From the NCBI RefSeq assembly GCF_056712565.1, contig NZ_CM160072.1: DNA of 64,000 bases; one strand, given 5' to 3'. This document shows, piece after piece, positions 13,637 to 23,220 of this stretch. Positions within the stretch are counted from its first letter, which is position 1. Every line of letters begins with the position of its first letter. A program made the position numbers and the translations under genes. Below the pieces are notes generated by a model that made no database searches, was not told the DNA's origin, and saw only the letters and a program-made list of their open reading frames with translations.

Positions 13637-13733
13637 GGATTCCTCCCGAATAAACTTTGGCGATGCAATCTCGAAGCTCCTCCTGAGACGGTTGCTTCGG
13701 CATTGCATCCCACAGCTTATGTGGTTGGGTGAT

Positions 13734-13779
13734 CTGGCTTTTCAGCCACGTAGTCGAGAGTCGACGTTGTTTAAAGAGC
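13734..13779 (-). promoter_or_regulatory. nutL (boxA GCUCUUUAAACAACG and boxB hairpin GGCUGAAAAGCC)
   Basis: Reverse complement of 13765..13779 matches boxA consensus; 13734..13745 forms a GAAA-loop hairpin resembling the nutR boxB of this phage. Confidence 0.6.
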
Positions 13780-14040
13780 CTGCCAGTCTGTTCCATTTGG
13801 CTTCCAGCGTCCTGCTGACGGTTAAATAGTACGATATGTACTTTACAAGATCAATACAATTTGTTGTAAGTTGGCGTGGTTTTTTATAACGCTTTGTATT
13901 TAATAGTGTTGTTTTTTAGCGTGGATGTATTGCCTCGGCGATGTAAGGAGAGATCAGAATTGCGTGGTTTAGTGGGTTGCATCTATTTATTTTTCAATAA
14001 ATATAATTGGTTATGTGTTTTTAGGTGGGCGAACGTGAGG

Positions 14041-14067
14041 CAAAGAAAACCCGGCGCTGAGGCCGGG
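14041..14067 (-). terminator. Rho-independent terminator after the two-gene operon
   Basis: Minus-strand hairpin CCCGGCCTCAGCGCCGGG followed by TTTTCTTT, 5 bp after the stop of the 250 aa gene. Confidence 0.7.
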
Positions 14068-14072
14068 TTGTA

Positions 14073-14825
14073 TTATGCTGCAAGTCTCTTAACCCAAGTC
14101 TCTCTTTTGGAGAATGGTAGAACTTGGCTTGATTCATGGAAGAGTAAGGAGAGTTGTTGCATTTGATCACCAATTGCTTCGCTGTCTATAACAACAAATC
14201 TGTTGTTATACTCCTCACTTGAAGCTTTAAGATCAATTAGTTTCCCAAGCAATGAGTAAGCACTATTCCAGCTTCCTCCGTGTTTCACGCTTGATGTAAA
14301 AACGTATTTAGGTATGTCGGTTTTTATTGTTACAGGGACGGTAATTTGATGTCCACTCAAGCCATATACGTTTTCACGAAGAGAAAGTGCGTCTCTAAGC
14401 TCTGTGTGATATAGATAATCAATAACCATACTTTCAAACTTTTCAGCTTGAACTGGCTGATACCAGTCTAACGACAAAGTTGATGCGAGTATACCAGCTC
14501 TAATTATGTTCGATGTAATCGCACCGACATCCTTTTCTGTTGCCCAAGCAATGATTTCTCCTCGAGCATTGAGTTCTGCGCCTTCTTTAAGCAGTAATTG
14601 TCGTATCTCATCAAGTCGTTTTTTGGTAAGCGAGATCCCTCTTGCCTCCATATTCATTAAGGCATCGCATCTGTCACTAACTAAATACCTACCATTGACT
14701 TCACGGATAAAGGCACCGACATGCTCTCCATCATCACAGTAAGTGAATGGACTGATAATTCTCAAGGTCTTGCCTATTGGATGGCATTCGAAACCTAGTT
14801 GTGAGATCACTGTTGAGCACATCAT
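14073..14825 (-). CDS. Unknown protein (250 aa), distal gene of immunity-region operon
   Basis: ORF MMCSTVISQLGFECHPIGKTLRIISPFTYCDDGEH...; AT-rich (~35% GC); start overlaps upstream gene stop by 4 bp; no motif I recognise. Confidence 0.65.
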   Translation of the reverse strand: MMCSTVISQLGFECHPIGKTLRIISPFTYCDDGEHVGAFIREVNGRYLVSDRCDALMNMEARGISLTKKRLDEIRQLLLKEGAELNARGEIIAWATEKDVGAITSNIIRAGILASTLSLDWYQPVQAEKFESMVIDYLYHTELRDALSLRENVYGLSGHQITVPVTIKTDIPKYVFTSSVKHGGSWNSAYSLLGKLIDLKASSEEYNNRFVVIDSEAIGDQMQQLSLLFHESSQVLPFSKRETWVKRLAA

Positions 14826-15379
14826 ATTCCAAACCCCATTTGCCCCGACTCATCTTCAAGCGGTAAAGGTATTCTCCCAGAGTAAGTTATGTTCAGATGT
14901 TTACAGAAGTAATTCCAATACCCTACCAGGTCATCTGGGTTTATGTCATCTTCGATTGGAAACGCTATTCTATCACTATAGTATCCAGCTTCTTCATAGT
15001 ATACATGGTAGTGAGCACCGTAAATGATATCTTGGTACTTCGGATGATCGACCTTGTAACTATTCGTGTGTTTGTCAAAGTGATAGGTATCTACCGCGAA
15101 AACCCTCTTGTTATGATAGAAAGCAATAATATTTATTTTAGGGTAAGAAATCGGGTCATCAGGTTCTGAATCCTGATCTGGTTTCCATTTCAGTTCAAAC
15201 TTTAGCCCTTGTATAGGTATACAATCCTCATCCAAGGGGATGATATGGGCTTGTAGCCACATATCAGAGCGACTTGGTTTCTGTTTCCATTTAACGCCAG
15301 AAAAGTTAACTATTTTTTTACAATAAAGTACTTTATCAACTTCTACTTGGCTTGGCTGATAATCATCTATTTTTGCCAA
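14822..15379 (-). CDS. Unknown protein (185 aa), proximal gene of immunity-region operon
   Basis: ORF MAKIDDYQPSQVEVDKVLYCKKIVNF...; begins 39 bp after the cI stop; AT-rich; no motif I recognise. Confidence 0.65.
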   Translation of the reverse strand: MAKIDDYQPSQVEVDKVLYCKKIVNFSGVKWKQKPSRSDMWLQAHIIPLDEDCIPIQGLKFELKWKPDQDSEPDDPISYPKINIIAFYHNKRVFAVDTYHFDKHTNSYKVDHPKYQDIIYGAHYHVYYEEAGYYSDRIAFPIEDDINPDDLVGYWNYFCKHLNITYSGRIPLPLEDESGQMGFGI

Positions 15380-15418
15380 TGTTTACCGCCCTGTAAATTG
15401 TAGATAAAAGTGGTTTCA

Positions 15419-16078
15419 TCACCCAAACGTCTCTTCAGGCCATTGGCTGGCGATAACTTTCCCCACAACGGAACAACTCTCATTGCATGGGATCATTGGG
15501 TATTGTGGGTTTAGTGGCTGTAGAAACACCTGACCGCTATCCCTGATCAGTTTCTTGAAGGTAAATTCATCACCACCAAGTCTGGCTATGCAGAAATCGC
15601 CGGGCTCAACAGCTTGCTCAGGGTCAACCAGAATTAACATCCCGTCAGGAAAGCTGGGTTTGGAACCTGTTGGTGCGGTCATTGAGTTACCTTCAACCTC
15701 AAGCCAGAATGCAGAGTCACTGGCTTTTTTGGTTGTGCTTACCAATCTCTCCGCATCGCCTTTGGTAAAGGTTCTGAGTTCTGGAGAGAACATCCCAGCC
15801 TGAACATGAGAAAAAACAGGGTACTCATATTGTTTTTTAACTGGGGCCGATGAGTATTCGCCAACAGGTGAAAATGTCCCGTCGTGGTTGAATGATATGT
15901 TATCAATACCAAGGTATTTAAACACCACACCAATATCACTAAGAGATGGATGACGAGATCCGCGCAACCAGTGTCCAATCCCACCCTGCGTCATACCTAG
16001 CTCTTCGGCTAACTTCTCTTGAGTTATGCCGAGCTCTTTCATTCTGGATCTAGCCAGTTCATACCATTTCATTTTCAT
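15419..16078 (-). CDS. cI: CI-like prophage repressor (HTH plus S24 LexA-like peptidase domain)
   Basis: [40 protein letters not shown]... and C-terminal autocleavage-type domain; start chosen at ATG with AAGGA RBS (tracked ORF extends to 16120). Confidence 0.85.
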   Translation of the reverse strand: MKMKWYELARSRMKELGITQEKLAEELGMTQGGIGHWLRGSRHPSLSDIGVVFKYLGIDNISFNHDGTFSPVGEYSSAPVKKQYEYPVFSHVQAGMFSPELRTFTKGDAERLVSTTKKASDSAFWLEVEGNSMTAPTGSKPSFPDGMLILVDPEQAVEPGDFCIARLGGDEFTFKKLIRDSGQVFLQPLNPQYPMIPCNESCSVVGKVIASQWPEETFG

Positions 16079-16189
16079 GTCCTTATTATTACGCTCTGTA
16101 CTGGAACCATCCATGCACAATGTGTATTTTTACTTGTATTCGCAAAGTACATATTGTATTTTTTTATTCGTGTTTACTATGGAGGGCAT
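16079..16189. promoter_or_regulatory. Divergent pRM/pR region with OR operators
   Basis: 111 bp AT-rich intergenic region between divergent cI and cro, containing short inverted repeats (e.g. GTACTT...AAGTAC). Confidence 0.55.
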
Positions 16190-16405
16190 ATGAGCAACCT
16201 ACGAAAATATCGAGAGTCACTGAATATCTCTCAAACAACACTTGCTAAGGCAGTTGGATGCACACAGGGAGCTATCGGACATTGGGAATCTGGTCGTCGC
16301 TTCCCAGACCTTAAAACATGCCGTGCTCTTGTTGCGTGCCTAAACAAGTTAGGCGCAAAAGTCAGTCTTGATGACGTGTTCCCGCCGGAACACAAAGCCG
16401 CTTAA
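16190..16405 (+). CDS. cro: Cro-like HTH repressor
   Basis: 71 aa MSNLRKYRESLNISQTTLAKAVGCTQGAIGHWESGRR...; GGAGG RBS; divergent from cI. Confidence 0.8.
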   Translation: MSNLRKYRESLNISQTTLAKAVGCTQGAIGHWESGRRFPDLKTCRALVACLNKLGAKVSLDDVFPPEHKAA

Positions 16406-16415
16406 TAAGCGGATC

Positions 16416-16461
16416 CGCTCTTTGTAACAACGGACATTCGTCCTACGTCGCTGAAAAGCGA
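16416..16461 (+). promoter_or_regulatory. nutR (boxA CGCTCTTTGTAACAA and boxB hairpin TCGCTGAAAAGCGA)
   Basis: boxA-like sequence then GAAA-loop hairpin just downstream of cro, same geometry as nutL. Confidence 0.6.
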
Positions 16462-16546
16462 GTTCCAAGATATCTGACCAACTAAGGCCATATGCGTTTC
16501 CACGCATACCTTTCAACTAACTATTCACTATTGGAAATCTTAAGAA

Positions 16547-16843
16547 ATGGAAAGAACAAGTTACAGCAAACTATCACAGCGTGACGTTGATCGCGCAGAA
16601 ACAGATTTACTTATCAATCTGTCAGCTATTACCCAGCGCGGTCTGGCAAAGATGATTGGCTGTCATGAATCGAAGATAAGCAGAACGGACTGGAGATTTA
16701 TTGCTTCGGTCTTGTGTGCTTTCGGAATGGCATCAGACATCAGTCCGATTAGCAGGGCTTTTAAGTATGCGCTTGATGGACTCACCAATAAAAAACGCCC
16801 GGCGGCAACCGAGCGTTCTGAACAAATCCAGATGGAATTCTGA
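16547..16843 (+). CDS. cII: Transcriptional activator CII
   Basis: 98 aa; C-terminus ...ILTNKKRPAATERSEQIQMEF matches what I recall of lambda CII. Confidence 0.85.
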   Translation: MERTSYSKLSQRDVDRAETDLLINLSAITQRGLAKMIGCHESKISRTDWRFIASVLCAFGMASDISPISRAFKYALDGLTNKKRPAATERSEQIQMEF

Positions 16844-16862
16844 GGTCATTACTGGATCAATC
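16787..16862 (-). ncRNA. oop: oop antisense RNA
   Basis: Reverse complement GATTGATCCAGTAATGACCTCAGAATTCCATCTGGATTTGTTCAGAACGCTCGGTTGCCGCCGGGCGTTTTTTATT closely matches lambda oop including its terminator. Confidence 0.8.
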
Positions 16863-16875
16863 CACAGGAGTCATT

Positions 16876-17775
16876 ATGACAAATACAGCAAAAATACTCA
16901 ACTTCTGCAGAGGTAACTTTGCCAAACAGGAGCGTAATGTGGCAGATCTCGATGATGGTTACGCCAGACTATCAAATATGCTGCTTGAGGCTTATTCAGG
17001 CGCAGATCTGACCAAGCGACAGTTTAAAGTGCTGCTTGCCATTCTGCGTAAAACCTATGGATGGAATAAACCAATGGACAGAATCACCGATTCTCAACTT
17101 AGCGAGATTACAAAGTTACCCGTCAAACGGTGCAATGAAGCCAAGTTAGAACTCGTCAGAATGAATATTATCAAGCAGCAAGGCGGCATGTTTGGACCAA
17201 ATAAAAACATCTCAGAATGGTGTATCCCTCAAAACGAGGGAAAATCCCCTAAAACGAGGGATAAAACATCCCTCAAATTGGGGGATTGCTATCCCTCAAA
17301 ACAGGGGGACACAAAAGACACTATTACAAAAGAAAAAAGAAAAGATTATTCGTCAGAGAATTCTGGCGAATCCTCTGACCAGCCAGAAAACGACCTTTCT
17401 GTGGTGAAACCGGATGCTGCAATTCAGAGCGGCAGCAAGTGGGGGACAGCAGAAGACCTGACCGCCGCAGAATGGATGTTTGACATGGTGAAGACCATCG
17501 CGCCATCAGCCAGAAAACCGAATTTTGCAGGGTGGGCTAACGATATCCGCCTGATGCGTGAACGTGACGGACGTAACCATCGCGACATGTGTGTACTGTT
17601 CCGCTGGGCATGCCAGGACAACTTCTGGTCCGGTAACGTGCTGAGCCCGGCCAAACTCCGCGACAAGTGGACCCAGCTCGAAATCAACCGTAACAAGCAA
17701 CAGGCAGGTGTGACAGCCTGCAAACCAAAACTCGACCTGACAAACACTGACTGGATTTACGGGGTGGATTTATGA
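16876..17775 (+). CDS. O: Replication initiator O
   Basis: 299 aa; MTNTAKILNFCRGNFAKQERNVADLDDGYARLSNMLLEAYSGADL...; contains ori iterons. Confidence 0.95.
   Translation: MTNTAKILNFCRGNFAKQERNVADLDDGYARLSNMLLEAYSGADLTKRQFKVLLAILRKTYGWNKPMDRITDSQLSEITKLPVKRCNEAKLELVRMNIIKQQGGMFGPNKNISEWCIPQNEGKSPKTRDKTSLKLGDCYPSKQGDTKDTITKEKRKDYSSENSGESSDQPENDLSVVKPDAAIQSGSKWGTAEDLTAAEWMFDMVKTIAPSARKPNFAGWANDIRLMRERDGRNHRDMCVLFRWACQDNFWSGNVLSPAKLRDKWTQLEINRNKQQAGVTACKPKLDLTNTDWIYGVDL
17224..17350. repeat. ori-lambda: four iterons plus AT-rich region inside O
   Basis: Four ~19 bp ATCCCTCAAAACGAGGGA-type repeats then AAAGAAAAAAGAAAAGATTATT. Confidence 0.9.
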
Positions 17776-18473
17776 AAAACATCGCCGCACAGATGGTTAA
17801 TTTTGACCGTGAGCAGATGCGTCGGATCGCCAACAACATGCCGGAACAGTACGACGAAAAGCCGCAGGTACAGCAGGTAGCGCAGATCATCAACGGTGTG
17901 TTCAGCCAGTTACTGGCAACTTTCCCGGCGAGTCTGGCTAACCGTGACCAGAACGAACTGAACGAAATCCGCCGCCAGTGGGTTCTGGCTTTCCGGGAAA
18001 ACGGGATCACCACAATGGAACAGGTTAACGCAGGAATGCGCGTAGCCCGTCGGCAGAATCGACCATTTCTGCCATCACCCGGGCAGTTTGTTGCATGGTG
18101 CCGGGAAGAAGCATCCGTTATCGCCGGACTGCCAAACGTCAGCGAGCTGGTTGATATGGTTTACGAGTATTGCCGGAAGCGAGGCCTGTATCCGGATGCA
18201 GAGTCTTATCCGTGGAAATCGAACGCGCACTACTGGCTGGTTACCAACCTGTACCAGAACATGCGGGCCAATGCGCTGACTGACGCGGAATTACGACGCA
18301 AGGCTGCCGATGAACTGACCTGTATGACAGCGCGAATTAACCGTGGTGAGACGATACCTGAACCAGTAAAACAACTTCCTGTCATGGGCGGCAGACCTCT
18401 AAATCGTGTTCAGGCGCTGGCGAAGATCGTAGAAATTAAAGCTAAGTTAGGACTGAAAGGAGCAAGTGTATGA
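17772..18473 (+). CDS. P: Replication protein P (helicase loader)
   Basis: 233 aa; MKNIAAQMVNFDREQMRRIANNMPEQYDEKPQVQQVAQIINGV... Confidence 0.95.
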   Translation: MKNIAAQMVNFDREQMRRIANNMPEQYDEKPQVQQVAQIINGVFSQLLATFPASLANRDQNELNEIRRQWVLAFRENGITTMEQVNAGMRVARRQNRPFLPSPGQFVAWCREEASVIAGLPNVSELVDMVYEYCRKRGLYPDAESYPWKSNAHYWLVTNLYQNMRANALTDAELRRKAADELTCMTARINRGETIPEPVKQLPVMGGRPLNRVQALAKIVEIKAKLGLKGASV

Positions 18474-18760
18474 CGGGCAAAGAGGCAATTATTCATTACC
18501 TGGGGACGCATAATAGCTTCTGTGCGCCGGACGTTGCCGCGCTAACAGGCGCAACAGTAACCAGCATAAATCAGGCCGCGGCTAAAATGGCACGGGCAGG
18601 TCTTCTGGTTATCGAAGGTAAGGTCTGGCGAACGGTGTATTACCGGTTTGCTACCAAGGAAGAACGGGAAGGAAAGATGAGCACGAACCTGATTTTTAAG
18701 GAGTGTCGCCAGAGTGCCACGATGAAACGGATATTGGCGGTATATGGAGTTAAAAGATGA
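18470..18760 (+). CDS. ren: Ren (Rex exclusion relief protein)
   Basis: 96 aa; MTGKEAIIHYLGTHNSFCAPDVAALTGATVTSINQAAAKMARAGLLVIEGKVWRTVYYRF... Confidence 0.9.
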   Translation: MTGKEAIIHYLGTHNSFCAPDVAALTGATVTSINQAAAKMARAGLLVIEGKVWRTVYYRFATKEEREGKMSTNLIFKECRQSATMKRILAVYGVKR

Positions 18761-18833
18761 CCATCTACATCACTGAGCTAATAACAGGCCTGCAGGTAAT
18801 CGCAGGCCTTTTTATTTGGGGGAGAGGGAAGTC

Positions 18834-19274
18834 ATGAAAAAACTAACCTTTGAAATTCGATCTCCGGCACATCAGCAAAACGCTATTCACGCAGTACAGC
18901 AAATCCTTCCAGACCCAACCAAACCAATCGTAGTAACCATTCAGGAACGCAACCGCAGCTTAGACCAAAACAGGAAGCTATGGGCCTGCTTAGGTGACGT
19001 CTCTCGTCAGGTTGAATGGCATGGTCGCTGGCTGGATGCAGAAAGCTGGAAGTGTGTGTTTACCGCAGCATTAAAGCAGCAGGATGTTGTTCCTAACCTT
19101 GCCGGGAATGGCTTTGTGGTAATAGGCCAGTCAACCAGCAGGATGCGTGTAAGCGAATTTGCGGAGCTATTAGAGCTTATACAGGCATTCGGTACAGAGC
19201 GTGGCGTTAAGTGGTCAGACGAAGCGCGACTGGCTCTCGAATGGAAAGCGCGATGGGGAGATCGGGCTGCATGA
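18834..19274 (+). CDS. ninB: NinB recombination protein
   Basis: 146 aa from MKKLTFEIRSPAHQQNAIHAVQQILPDPTKPIVVTIQERNRSLDQNRKLWA... Confidence 0.88.
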   Translation: MKKLTFEIRSPAHQQNAIHAVQQILPDPTKPIVVTIQERNRSLDQNRKLWACLGDVSRQVEWHGRWLDAESWKCVFTAALKQQDVVPNLAGNGFVVIGQSTSRMRVSEFAELLELIQAFGTERGVKWSDEARLALEWKARWGDRAA

Positions 19275-19798
19275 CTATCAAATCAAATACGCCAGCACAC
19301 GACAAGGACTGCTGGCAAACGCCGCTTTGGCTTTTTGATGCACTGGATATTGAGTTTGGATTCTGGCTGGATTCGGCAGCGAGCGACAAAAATGCTCTGT
19401 GCGCTCACTGGCTAACTGAGGACGACGACGCGCTCAATTCTGAGTGGGTAAGCCACGGTGCAATCTGGAATAACCCACCGTACAGCAATATCAGGCCGTG
19501 GGTGGAAAAAGCCGCTGAGCAGTGTATACAACAGCGACAGACGGTAGTGATGCTTGTGCCAGAGGATATGTCTGTCGGATGGTTCAGCAAGGCTCTGGAG
19601 AGTGTTGACGAAGTTCGTATTATCACTGATGGACGGATTAATTTTATCGAACCATCGACAGGGCTGGAGAAGAAGGGAAACAGCAAAGGCTCCATGCTGC
19701 TGATTTGGCGACCGTTCATCAGTCCTCGACGGATGTTTACTACCGTATCCAAAGCGGCATTGATGGCGATCGGGCAGGGCGTCAGGAGGGCTGCATGA
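19271..19798 (+). CDS. Phage orphan DNA N6-adenine methyltransferase
   Basis: 175 aa from [25 protein letters not shown]...; contains the NPPY catalytic motif (IWNNPPYSN); start overlaps ninB stop (ATGA); occupies the lambda ninC slot. Confidence 0.8.
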   Translation: MTIKSNTPAHDKDCWQTPLWLFDALDIEFGFWLDSAASDKNALCAHWLTEDDDALNSEWVSHGAIWNNPPYSNIRPWVEKAAEQCIQQRQTVVMLVPEDMSVGWFSKALESVDEVRIITDGRINFIEPSTGLEKKGNSKGSMLLIWRPFISPRRMFTTVSKAALMAIGQGVRRAA

Positions 19799-19971
19799 GA
19801 CGACAGCGACGAAGCATCACCGACATAATCTGCGAAAACTGCAAATACCTTCCAACGAAACGCTCCAGAAATAAACGCAAGCTAATCCCAAAAGAATCTG
19901 ACGTAAAAACCTTCAATTACACAGCCCACCTGTGGGATATCCGGTGGCTAAGATATCGTGCGAGGAAATGA
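19795..19971 (+). CDS. ninE: NinE
   Basis: 58 aa [58 protein letters not shown]. Confidence 0.85.
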   Translation: MRRQRRSITDIICENCKYLPTKRSRNKRKLIPKESDVKTFNYTAHLWDIRWLRYRARK

Positions 19972-20315
19972 CAATGGATTATTCACAGTTAAGTGATTTT
20001 GAAATTAACAGAATGGTAGGAGACATAATTTTTAAAGGCCTTTGGGCAAGTAAACCGGAAACATCAGGGAATAACACCAACAAATGGTATTACGGAAATG
20101 CTGATACAACTTTTGAGCCATTAAATCATTTGCCTGACTACTGCAATGATCCGAGCGCTTCATGGCCGATTATTGAGAAATACAGGATTTCTATCTTAGA
20201 CCAGTTAACTGAATGGTGTGTGGATGCAAAAGGCGTAAGCCCAATATTTGATACCAGACCTCTCCGCGCCGCCATGATTGTCTTTCTCCTGATGCAGGAG
20301 GCCAATAATGCTTAG
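19968..20315 (+). CDS. Hypothetical nin-region protein
   Basis: 115 aa from [24 protein letters not shown]...; start overlaps ninE stop (ATGA); no recognised domain. Confidence 0.5.
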   Translation: MTMDYSQLSDFEINRMVGDIIFKGLWASKPETSGNNTNKWYYGNADTTFEPLNHLPDYCNDPSASWPIIEKYRISILDQLTEWCVDAKGVSPIFDTRPLRAAMIVFLLMQEANNA

Positions 20316-20525
20316 CCCATCTCAATCCCTTCAATACCTGAAAGAAAGCATAGAGCGGGCTTCAATGTGCACAGAGTGGATTCTATCTAGGTTTAGCGCA
20401 TACAGAAGATTGCCGGTAAAGGGCATGCCAAGCAAGTCGATGCTGCATATGCAAAAGAATGCGCGCTGGAAGGTATGGCGAGAACACAGGTTATGTGGCT
20501 GAAAGAGGGGGTTATTAAGGCGTGA
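20308..20525 (+). pseudogene. Mosaic remnant: NinF-like N-terminus joined to YbcO-like C-terminus in another frame
   Basis: Frame 1 starts [18 protein letters not shown] (NinF-like) then diverges; a second frame ends ...[29 protein letters not shown] which matches the C-terminus I recall for DLP12 YbcO. Confidence 0.5.
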
Positions 20526-20884
20526 ATACCTACAGCATCACATTACCCTGGCCTCCGAGCAATAATCGCTATTACCGCCATAATCGCGGGCGCACGCACG
20601 TCAGCGCAGAGGGGCAGGCATACCGCGATAACGTCGCCCGAATCATTAAAAACGCAATGCTGGATATCGGCCTGGCTATGCCTGTGAAAATCCGCATTGA
20701 GTGCCACATGCCGGATCGCCGTCGCCGTGACCTGGATAATCTGCAAAAAGCCGCTTTTGACGCACTCACTAAAGCAGGTTTCTGGCTGGATGATGCTCAG
20801 GTCGTTGATTACCGCGTTGTGAAGATGCCTGTTACCAAAGGTGGGAGGCTGGAACTGACCATCACCGAAATGGGGAATGAATGA
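20522..20884 (+). CDS. rusA: Holliday junction resolvase RusA
   Basis: 120 aa; [48 protein letters not shown]... Confidence 0.92.
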   Translation: MNTYSITLPWPPSNNRYYRHNRGRTHVSAEGQAYRDNVARIIKNAMLDIGLAMPVKIRIECHMPDRRRRDLDNLQKAAFDALTKAGFWLDDAQVVDYRVVKMPVTKGGRLELTITEMGNE

Positions 20885-21021
20885 TGTTTGAGTTTAATAT
20901 GGCAGAACTTCTTCGCCACCGCTGGGGGCGTCTGCGCTTATATCGTTTCCTCGGTTCTGTTTTGACCGATTACCGAATACTGAAGAATTACGCCAAAACC
21001 CTGACAGGAACAGGAGTATGA
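20881..21021 (+). CDS. ylcG: YlcG-like small protein
   Basis: 46 aa [46 protein letters not shown]; below ORF-track cutoff; same position as ylcG after rusA in DLP12. Confidence 0.7.
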   Translation: MMFEFNMAELLRHRWGRLRLYRFLGSVLTDYRILKNYAKTLTGTGV

Positions 21022-21106
21022 AGTCAGAGATAACAATCAACTAATACTGTTTTGTTGATTTTTGCTTGTAATTGGCGTTCTGGTCTGATTTTTGTGGAGT
21101 AAGTTG

Positions 21107-21490
21107 ATGCGTGATATTCAGATGGTTCTTGAGCGTTGGGGTGCGTGGGCGGCTAATAATCATGAAGATGTGACCTGGTCGTCCATTGCCGCCGGTTTTA
21201 AGGGATTAATTCCTTCAAAAGTAAAATCTCGCCCGCAATGTTGTGACGATGACGCGATGATCATTTGCGGGTGCATGGCCCGTCTGAAAAAGAACAACAG
21301 CGATTTACACGATTTATTAGTAGATTATTATGTATGTGGTATGACATTCATGTCACTGGCAAGTAAGCATTGCTGCTCGGATGGTTATATCGGGAAAAGG
21401 TTACAGAAGGCTGAGGGCATAATTGAAGGGATGTTAATGGCATTAGATATCCGGTTAGATATGGATATCGTTGCTAATAATTCTAATTGA
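21107..21490 (+). CDS. quuD: Late gene antiterminator Q (QuuD/phage 82-type)
   Basis: 127 aa from [60 protein letters not shown]...; GGAG RBS. Confidence 0.88.
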   Translation: MRDIQMVLERWGAWAANNHEDVTWSSIAAGFKGLIPSKVKSRPQCCDDDAMIICGCMARLKKNNSDLHDLLVDYYVCGMTFMSLASKHCCSDGYIGKRLQKAEGIIEGMLMALDIRLDMDIVANNSN

Positions 21491-21626
21491 TATGCAATTG
21501 TTTACTAAAAGTTATTAAAAATGGGGCGTGGAAACGCCCCCAAAATAAAGGGTAATATATAACAGAAGGTTTATATAGTAAGAAGCAAGGTAGTGCTTCT
21601 AAAGGAAGTGGCTTGAGGGCTCCACT

Positions 21627-21669
21627 TATATGTTGCGGAGGCAAAGCCTCCCGCAACATATCTTTTTCG
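21627..21669. terminator. tR'-like terminator downstream of Q; also 10 bp past the porin stop
   Basis: Imperfect hairpin ATATGTTGCGGAGGCAAAGCCTCCCGCAACATAT followed by CTTTTTCG on the plus strand. Confidence 0.65.
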
Positions 21670-21678
21670 TAAGTCAGA

Positions 21679-22761
21679 TTAGAACTGATAAACCAGACCT
21701 ACAGCGACGATGTCGTCGGTATCAATACCAGCTGTTTTGGTAAACTTACTATCGTCAATTAAGTTGATTTTGTAATCAACAAAAGTGGACATGTTTTTAT
21801 TAAAGTAGTAAGTAGCACCGACATCGACATACTTGACTAAGTCTCGGTCACCATGAACACCAAGGTCTTTACCTTTTGACTGAAGGTAAGCAACAGATGG
21901 ACGCAGACCGAAGTCAAACTGATATTGTGCTACTGCTTCAAAGTTTTGTGCTTTGTTTGCAATATGGTTATTACCAAAAACGGTCATATTCTGAGTTTCA
22001 GAATATGTGGTAGCCAGATAGATATTGTTCGCATCATATTTCAGGCCTGCAGCCCATACTTCCGCATTTTTGCCGGAGGCATTGAATTTGCTCTTACCAT
22101 AGGCGACCTGACCGTCAGTGCGATCTGATTTAGCATAGGTTGCACCCACGCCGAATCCTTCATACTCATAAGTAGTGGAGAAACCGAAACCATCACCATT
22201 GGCTTCAGTTACGTCAGTGCGGTCATTTTTACCCTGATACTGAGCAGCAAAGTTCAGGCCATCGACCAGACCAAAGAAGTCGTTGTTACGATAAGTTGCA
22301 ACACCAGTAGTGCGACCAGTCATGAACACATCTGTTTGGGTCCAGGTATCACCACCGAATTCTGGCAGAACGTCAGTCCACGCACCGATGTCGTATGCTA
22401 CACCGTAGTTACGGCCGTAATCGATTGAGCCGTAATCACCAAATTTCAGGCCTGCAAATGCAAGACGGGTTTTGTCTTTGGAAGAACCTTGAGATTCAGC
22501 ACGGTTGCCTTTGAATTCATATTCCCACTGACCGAAACCAGTCAGTTGATCGTTGATTTGGGTTTCACCTTTGAAGCCAAGACGGGCATAAGTAGTATCA
22601 CCATCATCTGCATCATTAGAGGAGAAGTAGTGCTTGGCATTAACTTTCCCGTATAGATCCAGCTTGTTACTGTCTTTATTATAAATTTCAGCTGCCTGAG
22701 CAGACATCGCCATCAGTACTGATGCAGCTACAGCAGAAATTGCCACTGTTAATTTTTTCAT
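21679..22761 (-). CDS. nmpC: OmpC/NmpC-family outer membrane porin (prophage moron)
   Basis: Signal peptide [24 protein letters not shown]-terminal ...VGLVYQF beta-barrel terminus, porin-like body; inserted between Q and lysis genes on the opposite strand. Confidence 0.88.
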   Translation of the reverse strand: MKKLTVAISAVAASVLMAMSAQAAEIYNKDSNKLDLYGKVNAKHYFSSNDADDGDTTYARLGFKGETQINDQLTGFGQWEYEFKGNRAESQGSSKDKTRLAFAGLKFGDYGSIDYGRNYGVAYDIGAWTDVLPEFGGDTWTQTDVFMTGRTTGVATYRNNDFFGLVDGLNFAAQYQGKNDRTDVTEANGDGFGFSTTYEYEGFGVGATYAKSDRTDGQVAYGKSKFNASGKNAEVWAAGLKYDANNIYLATTYSETQNMTVFGNNHIANKAQNFEAVAQYQFDFGLRPSVAYLQSKGKDLGVHGDRDLVKYVDVGATYYFNKNMSTFVDYKINLIDDSKFTKTAGIDTDDIVAVGLVYQF

Positions 22762-23187
22762 TGTACGCCCTTTTTTTGAACTATTATTAAAAAATGATGT
22801 CACTGCGCGATAAATATTCATCTAATCAATGTGATTATTTCAAGATGTAAGTTTTAGTTTCTCATTTAATTTGTGAAGTAGATCTCTATTTTTATCTGAA
22901 CCTTTTCTATCTAATCCTATTCATGGCTCTTGTCTGAACAAAAATAAATCTATTAGCTAATTTATATTAATGGCACTTATTTATAAGTGCTCTATAATTC
23001 TTTAGCTTAATTTAAACAAACTAAAAATAACATTGGAAATTATTAACTGGTTATTTGTTGAAGTTTTCTTATGCATTTGTGGTGGTGTTTTGAACACTCG
23101 GTGGCATTCTCACAAATATCATTTAGTAGTTTACGTACGTAAAAAATTGGTTATGCTGTTAAGAGTGGTTACTTCGTCACACAGCTT

Positions 23188-23220
23188 AAACCCGCCGTCG
23201 AGCGGGTTTTTCCATTTTTT
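23188..23220 (+). terminator. Orphan rho-independent terminator in porin-holin intergenic region
   Basis: AAACCCGCCGTCGAGCGGGTTTTTCCATTTTTT. Confidence 0.5.

Noticed and set aside
13483-13713. 76 aa alternative-frame ORF overlapping the N gene
   Set aside because: The frame carrying an N-terminal arginine-rich motif just downstream of nutL is the better N candidate
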